From Candidatus Poribacteria bacterium (GTDB taxonomy: Bacteria; Poribacteria; WGA-4E; WGA-3G), in the NCBI GenBank assembly GCA_965246985.1, contig OZ251998.1, positions 4,874,307 through 4,938,306 of the forward strand: a stretch of 64,000 nt of DNA, given 5' to 3'. Both the position numbers and the translations under genes were made by a program. Under the pieces are notes generated by a model that was given only the letters and a program-made list of their open reading frames with translations, did no database searches and had not been told where the DNA came from. Within the stretch, counting starts at the first letter, position 1. The number at the start of each line of letters is the position of its first letter. Below are positions 41,234 through 51,377 of this stretch, in pieces.

Positions 41234-43150
41234 CGAAACGGACAACGGAATCTTGTTAAACCGCATATTCTACTGATTGGGTTGGTGCTTGTCGCTTTTA
41301 ATAGTTACTGGTGCCTGATGGGGACAGAGGTGTGGCACTCAACACAGTTGACAATCGCCTCACTGTTCTTCAATGCCGTTTTCACGCTCCTTGTCTTCGT
41401 GCTTCTGAACCTATTGCTGCAAAGGTTTATACCGCGTCTGGCGATGTCGCAAGCCGATTTACAAACCATCTATGTCATGGTCGTGATGGTAACAACGATC
41501 AGCGGACATACCATGATGGGGTACCTCATCCCCGTCCTCGCGCATACTTTCCAGTTCGCAACCTCGGAAAATGAGTGGTTATCGCTCTTTGGAAACAATA
41601 TCCCCAGTTGGATCGCCGTCAAAAGTCCACGTATCTTAGACGGGTTCTACACCGGCGATTCCACCCTCTATGATTCTGCCACACTAAACGCATGGATACC
41701 GCCGGTGCTATCTTGGTCAAGTTTCGTTATCGCGCTCTGGCTGACACTGCTGGCAGTAACCATCTTTCTCCGAAAGCAGTGGACGGAAAATGAACGACTG
41801 AACTATCCGATCGTCCAACTCCCGTTGGCATTGACGAGCAATCCGAAACGCTTTTTTACTTCACCGTGGATGTGGCTCGGATTCGCGCTTGCGGGGAGTG
41901 CAGAACTGCTCAATGGACTGAGTTTCCTGTACCCAGAAATCCCTTCCCTACCTATTAGAAACAAAGTGCTTGGACAATTCAGTTCAAAGCCGTGGAGCGC
42001 GATGGGACCGATTCGTATCTCCTTCTATCCATTTAGCATCGGTTTGATGTTCTTCACACCGTTGGATCTCTCGTTTTCATGCTGGTTCTTCTGGTTACTG
42101 ACCCGTGTTCAGATGGTCGTGACAGATATGTTGGGCGCACGCAATATCTATAATCTTGAACAGCAGACGGGTGCATGGATAGCGTTCGGATGCATCCCGT
42201 TGTGGATGGGACGACGGCACTATGGACGTATTATCCGTAAAATTTTTGGGATTGCACAACGTCGTGGCGAACCACCACCTGACGATTCCAGTGAACCGAT
42301 GCGTTACCGCACTGCTGCCGGACTGTTCACCGTAGGGTTGATGTTCCTTTTCTTCTTCTGTTATCAGATGGGGATGACATTCTGGGCGATTGGACTCTTT
42401 TTTCTCTTCTACTTTCCGATGATTATCGGTATCACCCGTATTCGTGCCGAAATTGGGCCACCCCTGCATCAACTCGTCCTTGTCGATCCCGGGCGGACGA
42501 TGGTCTTGGCATTAGGCACGCGCCGACTCGGCGCAGACAATCTGATGGGGCTAACGTTCCTCTACCCGTTTGTTCGCTGTTTCCGCGCGCATCCAACACC
42601 GAGTGAATTAGAAGCGTTCCGCTTAGCAGAACGGAGCCGTATCGGGTATCGGCAACTCCTCATCGGGATGATTTTGGCGATTGTGTTCGGTATCCTGATA
42701 ACATTTTGGGCATACCTACACGTCCTCTACGATATGGGTGCAGGAAGCAAAGCACGCGGCTGGATCGTCCATATGGGGTGGGAAACATTCAACCGCCTGC
42801 AAACGTGGCTTGTCAGTCCACGCGAGACGAGCGGACCCGAACTTGGCGTTATCGGTAGCAGCTTCATGTTCACGATTTTCCTGATGATTATGAAGATCCG
42901 GTTTCTATGGTGGCCGTTACACCCTGCTGGTTACGTGTTAGTCAGCGGCACCGGAATGGGAAGATTATGGTTTACAATCTTCTTGGGTTGGCTGGCAAAG
43001 GCAATTGTGTTAAAGATTGGCGGCGTGAAACTCTATCGACAAGCGGTGCCGTTCTTTTTGGGGCTGATCTTAGGGGATTACACGCTCGGATGTGTCTGGA
43101 GCCTCATCGGATTGGTGCTGCAGATACCAACCTATATTGTGTGGCATTGA
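41225..43150 (+). CDS. Large polytopic membrane protein (DUF6785/6784-like putative transporter), copy 1
   Basis: 641 aa, highly hydrophobic, QWTENERLNYPIVQLP, WWPLHP. Confidence 0.75.
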   Translation: MANRNGQRNLVKPHILLIGLVLVAFNSYWCLMGTEVWHSTQLTIASLFFNAVFTLLVFVLLNLLLQRFIPRLAMSQADLQTIYVMVVMVTTISGHTMMGYLIPVLAHTFQFATSENEWLSLFGNNIPSWIAVKSPRILDGFYTGDSTLYDSATLNAWIPPVLSWSSFVIALWLTLLAVTIFLRKQWTENERLNYPIVQLPLALTSNPKRFFTSPWMWLGFALAGSAELLNGLSFLYPEIPSLPIRNKVLGQFSSKPWSAMGPIRISFYPFSIGLMFFTPLDLSFSCWFFWLLTRVQMVVTDMLGARNIYNLEQQTGAWIAFGCIPLWMGRRHYGRIIRKIFGIAQRRGEPPPDDSSEPMRYRTAAGLFTVGLMFLFFFCYQMGMTFWAIGLFFLFYFPMIIGITRIRAEIGPPLHQLVLVDPGRTMVLALGTRRLGADNLMGLTFLYPFVRCFRAHPTPSELEAFRLAERSRIGYRQLLIGMILAIVFGILITFWAYLHVLYDMGAGSKARGWIVHMGWETFNRLQTWLVSPRETSGPELGVIGSSFMFTIFLMIMKIRFLWWPLHPAGYVLVSGTGMGRLWFTIFLGWLAKAIVLKIGGVKLYRQAVPFFLGLILGDYTLGCVWSLIGLVLQIPTYIVWH

Positions 43151-43319
43151 GGTATTCAGTTATCAGTTATCGGCTATCAGCAAAGAAGTGGACATCATAT
43201 TGGACTACTGACTGCTGACTGCTGATAACTGAATGCCTCTGAGTGAGACACATCACCTCTTGCAAACTTACCTAAAACACTGTATAATAGACGCAAATTT
43301 GGGCTGAGGTGCTATTTTA

Positions 43320-44111
43320 GTGAGCGACGTTCCGAAAACACATCCCCGGTATCTCTCATTGACACTGCGAGATAAAATCGTTGCAGGTGTGGAGCAAGGG
43401 ATAACCTCTATCCACGGACTCATTGCGCATGGACGTGGGGAGGCATTTGATTACCTCATTGGGGAGGCGACGCAGCCGTTCGCGATTGAGGCTATTCATG
43501 CTGCCGCGGTTATGCTTCTATCGGCGGAACACCCTGTTGTCTCTGTTAACGGGAACGTTGCGGCGTTGGTGCCGGATGAACTCATTGAATTGGGACGAAT
43601 ACTCAACGCGCCGCTTGAGGTGAATATCTTTCATACGGAAACGGGGCGGGAAGAAAAGATCCGAGAACACCTGCTGAAGCATAAGGCGAGGTTAGAAACC
43701 TCGCCAGCGGAAGACGGGGCGGGAAAAGGTGCAGAAGGTATGCCGGATGTGCTGATGCCTACAACCGAGGCGCAACTCTCTTATATCGACTCCAATCGGA
43801 AGTTTGTGCATCCAGATGGCATCTTTAAAGCGGATGTCGTCTTTGTGCCACTTGAGGATGGCGATCGGTGTGAGGCTCTTCGGAAGATGGGTAAAGAGGT
43901 CGTGACCGTCGATCTGAACCCGATATCGCGGACAGCAAAGCAGGCGAGTATTACGATCGTGGATAACGTCGTGCGGGCACTGCCGCTGTTATGTGACCAA
44001 ATTCAGAGGCTATCAGCACCCGATGTAGAAGTTCCCACACTCACGGATTATAGCAACGAAGCAGTGTTAAAAAAGGTGTTACAGCACATCAGCAGGAGCG
44101 GGAATGGCTAA
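43320..44111 (+). CDS. Archaeal-type 4-phosphopantoate-beta-alanine ligase (phosphopantothenate synthetase)
   Basis: HPRYLSL, GLIAHGRGEAFDYLIGE, SVNGN, VPLEDGDRCEAL, DLNP.SRT. Confidence 0.92.
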   Translation: MSDVPKTHPRYLSLTLRDKIVAGVEQGITSIHGLIAHGRGEAFDYLIGEATQPFAIEAIHAAAVMLLSAEHPVVSVNGNVAALVPDELIELGRILNAPLEVNIFHTETGREEKIREHLLKHKARLETSPAEDGAGKGAEGMPDVLMPTTEAQLSYIDSNRKFVHPDGIFKADVVFVPLEDGDRCEALRKMGKEVVTVDLNPISRTAKQASITIVDNVVRALPLLCDQIQRLSAPDVEVPTLTDYSNEAVLKKVLQHISRSGNG

Positions 44112-46041
44112 CGGAAACGAAAAACCCAACCAGGTTAAACAACTCGTCAAACCGCATATTTTGCTGATTGGATTAGTGCTTGTCGCTTTTAATAGCTACT
44201 GGTGCCTGATGGGGACAGAGGTATGGCACTCCACGCAGTTGACGATCGCCTCACTGTTCTTTAATGCTGTTTTCACCCTCCTCGTGTTCGTGCTTGCCAA
44301 CCTACTGCTACAGCGATTCATGCCGCGTCTGGCGATGTCGCAAGCCGATTTACAAACCATCTATGTCATGGTCGTGATGGTAACGACTATCAGCGGACAT
44401 ACCATGATGGGGTACCTCATCCCCGTCCTCGCGCATACATTTCAGTTCGCATCGCCAGAAAATGAATGGATACCGCTCTTTGGACACCACATCCCGACAT
44501 GGATCGCCGTCAAAAGCCCGCGTATCTTAGACGGGTTCTATAACGGAGATTCTACACTCTACACCTCTGCCACCTTAAACGCATGGATACCGCCGGTGCT
44601 ATCTTGGTCCAGCTTCGTCATCGCACTCTGGCTGACGTTGCTGGCAGTAACGGTTTTTCTCCGTAAACAGTGGACCGAAAATGAACGCCTGAACTACCCG
44701 ATCGTCCAACTTCCGTTGGCATTGACAAGCAATCCGAAACGCTTCTTTAGTTCACCGTGGATGTGGCTCGGCTTTGCACTTGCAGGTGGCGCAGAATTGC
44801 TGAACGGCTTGAACTATCTATTTCCAGACATACCAGCACTACCGATCAAAGGCAAAACGATCGGGCAATTCAGCTCAAAGCCGTGGAGTGCGATGGGACC
44901 GATTCGTATCTCCTTCTATCCGTTTAGCATCGGACTGATGTTCTTCACACCGCTGGATCTCTCGTTTTCGTGCTGGTTTTTCTGGCTCATTAGTCGTATT
45001 CAACTTATTGTAACGGATGCGTTCGGTGCCCGGAACATCTATCATCTTGAACAACAGACAGGGGCATGGATAGCGTTCGGGTGTATTCCGTTGTGGATGG
45101 GTCGGCGGCACTACGGACGCATTATTCGGAAGGTTTTTGGCATTGCGCAACGCCGTGGTGAACCGCCGCCTGACGATTCCGGTGAACCGATGCGCTATCG
45201 AGCTGCGGCGGGGCTGTTCACTGTCGGGATACTGTTTCTCTTCTTCTTCTGTTATCAGATGGGGATGACGATCTGGGGGATTGGGCTCTTCTTTCTGTTC
45301 TACTTTCCACTGATTATCGGCATCACACGCATCCGCGCTGAAATCGGACCCCCGTTGCATCAACTTATCTTTGTTGATCCGGGGCGGACGATGGTCTTGG
45401 CATTAGGCACGCGCCGACTCGGTGCAGGTAACTTGACAGGCTTAACATTCCTCTATCCGTTTGTCCGCTGTTTCCGCGCGCACCCAACACCGAGCGAATT
45501 GGAGGCGTTTCGTTTGGCAGAACGGAGTCGCATCGGATATCGGCAGCTCCTTATCGGGATGATTTTGGCGATCGTGTTCGGTATCCTGATAACGTTCTGG
45601 GCATATCTGCACGTCCTCTACGATATGGGTGCGGGAAGTAAGGCACGCGGCTGGATCGTCTATATGGGGTGGGAGACGTTCAACCGTCTGCAAACGTGGC
45701 TTGTCAGTCCACGGGAAACGAGCGGCCCGGAACTCGGCGTTATCGGCAGCAGTTTCATGTTCACGATATTCCTGATGATTATGAAGATCCGGTTTCTGTG
45801 GTGGCCCCTGCATCCGGGTGGCTATGTGCTTGTGAGCGGAACAGGGATGGGTGGCTTGTGGTTTCCGATCTTCCTCAGTTGGTTGGCAAAGGCAACTGTG
45901 CTGAAAATTGGCGGAGTGAAACTCTATCGGCAAGCAGTGCCGTTCTTTTTAGGGCTGATCTTGGGAGATTATACGCTTGGGTGCGTGTGGAGTTTGATTG
46001 GACTGGTCTTGCAAATACCGACCTACATTGTGTGGCATTGA
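44104..46041 (+). CDS. Large polytopic membrane protein, copy 2
   Basis: Close paralogue of 41225-43150. Confidence 0.75.
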   Translation: MANGNEKPNQVKQLVKPHILLIGLVLVAFNSYWCLMGTEVWHSTQLTIASLFFNAVFTLLVFVLANLLLQRFMPRLAMSQADLQTIYVMVVMVTTISGHTMMGYLIPVLAHTFQFASPENEWIPLFGHHIPTWIAVKSPRILDGFYNGDSTLYTSATLNAWIPPVLSWSSFVIALWLTLLAVTVFLRKQWTENERLNYPIVQLPLALTSNPKRFFSSPWMWLGFALAGGAELLNGLNYLFPDIPALPIKGKTIGQFSSKPWSAMGPIRISFYPFSIGLMFFTPLDLSFSCWFFWLISRIQLIVTDAFGARNIYHLEQQTGAWIAFGCIPLWMGRRHYGRIIRKVFGIAQRRGEPPPDDSGEPMRYRAAAGLFTVGILFLFFFCYQMGMTIWGIGLFFLFYFPLIIGITRIRAEIGPPLHQLIFVDPGRTMVLALGTRRLGAGNLTGLTFLYPFVRCFRAHPTPSELEAFRLAERSRIGYRQLLIGMILAIVFGILITFWAYLHVLYDMGAGSKARGWIVYMGWETFNRLQTWLVSPRETSGPELGVIGSSFMFTIFLMIMKIRFLWWPLHPGGYVLVSGTGMGGLWFPIFLSWLAKATVLKIGGVKLYRQAVPFFLGLILGDYTLGCVWSLIGLVLQIPTYIVWH

Positions 46042-46456
46042 GGCATTCAGTTATCAGTGGTCAGTTTGCCTCACAGTGAGAACTGCCAGAATCAGGATTT
46101 ATAGGATTATAGTAAAGTCTACAATTAAATGGACACTCAGGAATTGGCGAGGTTAGGAATGCAGATCGCATTTGGGTGAGTACACCGCAAAACCTCGCCA
46201 GCGACGGTGAAGTATCAACCCCTATTGTGTTCAGATGTTTTTGGGTTTTACTATAAAGGATTTTCAGGATAATTAGGGTATCTGTAAATCGGGCGGACAA
46301 GATTTCCATCCTATAAGAATGCTTCACGAGAATTGAATGGCTCTGATTTTTTCTTGATGGTTCTTATCAAACATGTTATTATCTTCATTGTTTGGATAAA
46401 CCTTCTTAAATATCGGCGGGATGTCGCTGAATACGACTATTTAGGCAATACCTTCT

Positions 46457-47596
46457 ATGAAAACTACCCACAATATCCTTTTTCAAGATGCACAAGATTT
46501 GAAAGAAATTCCTTCAGAAAGCGTTGATCTGATCGTTACCTCTCCGCCCTATCCCATGATTAGCATGTGGGATGATATATTTAGTAACCAGAATCCAGAG
46601 ATTCAGAAGGCATTAGCAAACGGCGATGGTAAACAGGCTTATGCGTTAATGCACGAGATTCTTGATGCTGTATGGGATGAAGTATTCAGAGTTTTAAAGA
46701 ATGATAGATTTGCCTGCATCAATATCGGTGACGCGACAAGGAAAGTAAAAGATGATTTTTGTCTGTATCCAAACCACGCGCGAATCTTGAATTACCTCTT
46801 AAATATCGGGTTTTCAGCACTCCCCGATATACTATGGCGAAAACAGGCGAATGCTCCCAATAAATTTATGGGATCAGGCATGCTACCTGCCGGGGCTTAT
46901 GTGACACTAGAACACGAGTACATTCTGATAGTGAGAAAAGGCTCCAAAAGAGAATTTAAAACAGAGGTCGAAAAAGAGAATAGACGCGAAAGTGCTCTGT
47001 TTTGGGAAGAGAGGAATATCTGGTACTCAGATATTTGGACGGATATCAAGGGAATAGGGCAGAAACTTCCCAATGCAATGTCGCGATTGAGGAGCGCAGC
47101 ATTTCCATTCGATTTGGCTTATCGATTGATCAATATGTATTCTGTGAAAGGTGACGTGATACTCGATCCGTTTCTGGGTACAGGCACCACAATTGCGGCT
47201 GCGATGACATCGGCGCGCAATAGTATTGGTGTTGAAATCGACAAAAGTTTTCAACAGGTCATCTGTCCGATTACACATCATATTGTCGATTTTTCAAACG
47301 ATTATTTGCACGAGAGATTGATAAGACACGCTGAGTTTGTCAAGAATCGGATCCAAAACTCGGGAGCGTTGAAATATACAAACAAGTATTACGACTGTCC
47401 GGTAGTGACGAGTCAAGAACAATGTATTTTGTTTAATGGCTTAAAAGAGGTTCACACCCGCGGAGATAATATCTTTGAAGTCATATATTCAACGAAACCG
47501 CAAGCTTGGAATTTTGAGCACGCCTCAGAATCTTTGGCAGGGAATAAAATGAAGGATGATATAAGACATTCTCAACTCAGTATGTTAAATGCGTAG
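46457..47596 (+). CDS. Beta-class amino (probably m4C) DNA methyltransferase
   Basis: DLIVTSPPY precedes DPFLGTGTT. Confidence 0.9.
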   Translation: MKTTHNILFQDAQDLKEIPSESVDLIVTSPPYPMISMWDDIFSNQNPEIQKALANGDGKQAYALMHEILDAVWDEVFRVLKNDRFACINIGDATRKVKDDFCLYPNHARILNYLLNIGFSALPDILWRKQANAPNKFMGSGMLPAGAYVTLEHEYILIVRKGSKREFKTEVEKENRRESALFWEERNIWYSDIWTDIKGIGQKLPNAMSRLRSAAFPFDLAYRLINMYSVKGDVILDPFLGTGTTIAAAMTSARNSIGVEIDKSFQQVICPITHHIVDFSNDYLHERLIRHAEFVKNRIQNSGALKYTNKYYDCPVVTSQEQCILFNGLKEVHTRGDNIFEVIYSTKPQAWNFEHASESLAGNKMKDDIRHSQLSMLNA

Positions 47597-47867
47597 GGAC
47601 TTCATATTGGACAAAGGTAGACGTATGCAAATTAAATTAAAAAATACTGAGATTCAGGAATACGTAAACGCGCCCGCTTCCGAATTTCCGAAGTACACCA
47701 CCCAATTAATGAATGTCGCAAATCAAAATTCTCAAGCTACGCGACCGAGGCACATTGGACAATTAAGCGATCTGATTCAGGAATTTCCGGGACAAACTTT
47801 TGAAGAATGGGTTACGTGGTATCAAGAACAATATCCTGATGCGATTGATGAGGCGACAGATAGACTA

Positions 47868-48727
47868 GGTTGTGTTTACATTTCATCTGCACTGAATGAG
47901 AATAGCCGCAAAATAGACGAAACCGAGATACCGAACCGCTAACTTATCATACCGCGTTGCGACACGACGATAACGCTTGAGGTATCCAATGAAACGTTCT
48001 ATAATGTTACGACTCTTATACTTCTCTTTATCATAATCCCGAGGTTCTGTCCGACTCTTACGAGGCGGGATGACGACCTCAATGTCTCTTGAAGTCAGCT
48101 CTTCTATAAACGCATCTGAGTCGTATCCTCTATCGGCAATAAGGCATTGACACTCAATACCTTCAAGAAGGGCAGAGGCTTGCGTGACATCATGACGTTG
48201 TCCGGGAGTCAACGTAATACGCAACGGGATATTTTTCTCGCTCAACGATATATTTATTTTCGTTGAGAAACCGCCACAACTGCGACCGAGTGCTTGCGCC
48301 TCTTGTCCCTCTTTTTTTTTGGTGCCCCCGCAGCGGAAGCATTTGCGCGCACGATTGTGCTATCAATAAAGACCGTTGAGACTTCAGCATCAGCGTGAAA
48401 GTGTTGTTGTAAAGTTTCAAAAACGCCTGCGTCAGCCCAGCGACTGAACCGTCGGTAAATAGCGTTCCAGTTGCCATAAGCATCTGGGAGTGCGCGCCAC
48501 GTGGCACCTTCTTTTGTTATCCATAAGACAGCGGAAAGGAAAACACGGCAGTGTTGTGGATTTCCGACATAGACGTTTGGACACGCAACGAGGAAAGGAT
48601 GTATTTTCTCCCACACCTCATCTGATATTTCTATTGGAAGTTTTTGGGTATTTTCTGTGTGTTTCATATAAACAGGATACCCAAAATAACTTAAATGTTC
48701 AACACTATTTCAAATGTAAACACAACC
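47868..48727 (-). mobile_element. IS5-family element, two-ORF transposase
   Basis: Perfect 16-bp TIR GGTTGTGTTTACATTT, TA duplication; ORFs 48254-48667 (WRALP..YG.W, IDST) and 47883-~48290 (ADRGYD, RNIIERF, RYDK) joined at an A-run frameshift site. Confidence 0.92.
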
Positions 48728-49017
48728 TAATCTCCATGATAGAAAATTTTAACGTTGCTGTGGATAAAATTGATCGGACCTTGGTTAAATCATGGGTAGA
48801 GGATCTAATTCTCGTCAAGACATTCGCGGGACTTAAATTTCAGGAGGCAATCCTGAAAAAGTTGTCAGAAATAAAAGGCTGCGACTACCGTTTGGCAGAA
48901 CCTCATGAAGAATCCCAAGGTATAGATGGATTCGTAGGCGATGAAGCGTATTCTATTAAGCCGAGTACCTATGATTCAATGCCGATTTTAGCGGAATCCA
49001 TAGAAGTAAAAATTATT

Positions 49018-49110
49018 GGCTCATGTAAAGACTGTGTGCTAATGAAGATGTAAAACCCGCGTGGTGACTGCCTTCGTTAGGAACAATCGCACATACTTTT
49101 TACATGAGCG
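49018..49110. mobile_element. 93-bp ISL3-type MITE
   Basis: GGCTCATGTAAA / TTTACATGAGCG; 8-bp TSD AAATTATT. Confidence 0.85.
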
Positions 49111-49381
49111 AAATTATTTATTACGAGAAAAAGACAGATGGCGTAGTATTTGAAATACCGGAGGACTAAGAGCGGTGGTGGGAACATATCCGTCTATAGA
49201 TTGTACCGATAGAAGAGTTCGTAGGTCGAGGTGAACAGTTGGCAAAGATCCGGCGCGGTTTCAAACAGCGCCTACCGGGTCTGGGGAAAATCCGGATTAC
49301 CGATTTAAATACCTAACCTTCATTAAACCACGCCTACCGAGGAAGCAACAAGTACGTTTATCAACGCCTCTTCGTCTCCTG

Positions 49382-49524
49382 CAGGGCTATTTAGTTTTCG
49401 GTTCCGCTTTCGATTTTAGTTTACGAATGTTAACATTTTTACGAGATATAGCGTGAAAATCAAGTCCTATCTCGTAAAAAGTATCCACACTTATGAAGTA
49501 AATATGTACAACTAAATGACCCTG
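49382..49524. mobile_element. 143-bp ISAs1-type MITE in the 3' end of an ABC gene
   Basis: CAGGGCTATTTAGTT / AACTAAATGACCCTG; 10-bp TSD TCGTCTCCTG. Confidence 0.88.
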
Positions 49525-51325
49525 TCGTCTCCTGCCCTTTGTATTGCAGCTGATACAACCGGTAATAGATGCCACCACTTTGTTGCAATAACTCGTTGTG
49601 TGTGCCGGTCTCTCGGATTTCGCCGCGGTGCATCACGATAATCCTATCCGCATTTTGGATCGTCGAAAGTCGGTGCGCAATGACGACAGAGGTGCGATTC
49701 TCCATCAGACGACTCAGGGCATCCTCAATCAGGATTTCGGTTTCGGTGTCAACACTTGAGGTCGCTTCATCAAGAATAAGGACACTCGGATCCGAGGCTA
49801 ACGCACGCGCAAAGGCGACCAACTGTTTCTGCCCAACGGATAAACCGGCACCATCTTCCTTGATCTCCGTGCCGTAGAGGTCCGGCATCTTCTGTACGAA
49901 CCGGTCTAAATGCACATCTTCCGATGCGCGCTTCACCTGTTCCGTCGAGATCGATGGGTCCCCTAAAGTGATATTCCGCTCGATTGAATCCGAAAAGAGG
50001 AAGATATTCTGTTGCACAATGCTAATCGCGCCTCGTAGATCCTCTAAGTTCATCTCTCGGATGTCTACCCCATCAATCAGGATCTGTCCCTTGTTGATCT
50101 CATAGAATCGGCATAGCAGATTAATGATAGAGGTTTTCCCCGCACCGGTATGCCCTACGAGTGCAACTTTTTCACCCGGTTTCACCTTAAATGAGACATC
50201 CCGCAGGACGTAGTCATCGTCGTTATAGGCAAACCAGACATTCCGGAATTCAATTTCACCTTTCAGACTATCAGTATCCTTTTTAGGAACGGTAGAAATG
50301 ATCGTGGGTTGCGTATCGAGCAGCTGGAAGATGCGTTCGGAAGATGCCATAGCGTTCTGGAAGATGGTATACTTTTCGCTTAACTCGCGGATGGGCCAGA
50401 AGAAACGTTCAGCGTAGCGGATGAAAGCGACTAACACGCCGAAGGTCAGCGCGCCTTGCACAATCTGTCCACCACCGTACCAGATAATCACGGCTGTCGC
50501 GAGAGAGGCGGTTACCTCAATCAACGGGTGAAAGATCGAAAAATAGAAGATACTCTTCAGGTTGGCAGCGAGGTATCTCCGGTTCCGCTCGTTAAAGCGG
50601 AGATGACTCTGTCGCTCTTGCGCGAAAAGTTTCATCGTCGTCATACCGACGATGTTCTCCTGTAAAAAAGCATTGATTCGCGCAAGCTGCTTGCGTTGTT
50701 CTCGAAATGCGCGACGCGAATAGATCTGGTAGACGAGTGTTGCCCCGAAGATGATAGGAATCACCGTGAACGTCACAAGTGCAAGTTTCCAGTTAATCAG
50801 AAGCATTACCACCACGATTCCAAAAATATTGAGAAGGTTCGCGAAAACGGTAATCACACCAGAGGCAAAGAGTTCATTGAGAACCTGAACGTCTCCCATC
50901 ACACGTGTCATCAATCTACCGACCGGATTTTTATCGAAAAACTGTACGTCTAAACGTTGTAAATGCGAAAAAAGCATCTGACGGAGATCATGCATCACGT
51001 GTTGCCCGATCATCTGCATGCGGTACTCTTCAAAGTAGCCGAACACGAATTCGCCAATCAATCCGAATACCATAAAAAGCGCTATCACCCCTAAACCCTC
51101 GGGCACTCGGGGGATAATATGATCGTCAATAGCGATATGCAATAGATACGGTCCGACGAGGCGCGAGAGTGTACTTCCAACCATGAGAAACCCGATGATG
51201 AGCAGCTGGATTTTGTAGGGTTTAAGGTATGAAAGAAGACGTTTCATCAGGACGCTGTCATAGACTTTCCCGAGATCATCCTCTTCATCATTATATTCGT
51301 ACAGGTTGCTCCCCATGCCAAACAC
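49460..51325 (-). CDS. ABC exporter ATP-binding/permease subunit
   Basis: TMD plus GHTGAGKT, LSVGQKQ, LDEAT. Confidence 0.92.
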   Translation of the reverse strand: MFGMGSNLYEYNDEEDDLGKVYDSVLMKRLLSYLKPYKIQLLIIGFLMVGSTLSRLVGPYLLHIAIDDHIIPRVPEGLGVIALFMVFGLIGEFVFGYFEEYRMQMIGQHVMHDLRQMLFSHLQRLDVQFFDKNPVGRLMTRVMGDVQVLNELFASGVITVFANLLNIFGIVVVMLLINWKLALVTFTVIPIIFGATLVYQIYSRRAFREQRKQLARINAFLQENIVGMTTMKLFAQERQSHLRFNERNRRYLAANLKSIFYFSIFHPLIEVTASLATAVIIWYGGGQIVQGALTFGVLVAFIRYAERFFWPIRELSEKYTIFQNAMASSERIFQLLDTQPTIISTVPKKDTDSLKGEIEFRNVWFAYNDDDYVLRDVSFKVKPGEKVALVGHTGAGKTSIINLLCRFYEINKGQILIDGVDIREMNLEDLRGAISIVQQNIFLFSDSIERNITLGDPSISTEQVKRASEDVHLDRFVQKMPDLYGTEIKEDGAGLSVGQKQLVAFARALASDPSVLILDEATSSVDTETEILIEDALSRLMENRTSVVIAHRLSTIQNADRIIVMHRGEIRETGTHNELLQQSGGIYYRLYQLQYKGQETTGSFSCTYLLHKCGYFLRDRT

Positions 51326-51377
51326 AGGTGGCTTCCTCCTTCAGACTGTATCGCGATGATTATCGCGTGTCCATTGT

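Larger units (their letters stand above)
47625..49169 (+). pseudogene. MjaI-like type II restriction endonuclease interrupted twice
   Basis: FPKYTTQLMN.ANQNSQATRP..., KTFAGLKFQEAILKK, ESQGIDG, YSIKP, IIYYEKK; frame restored by removing IS5 and a MITE. Confidence 0.8.

Noticed and set aside
48490-49053. 187-aa ORF as a real gene
   Set aside because: Chimera of IS5 antisense sequence, the middle of the REase and MITE sequence.
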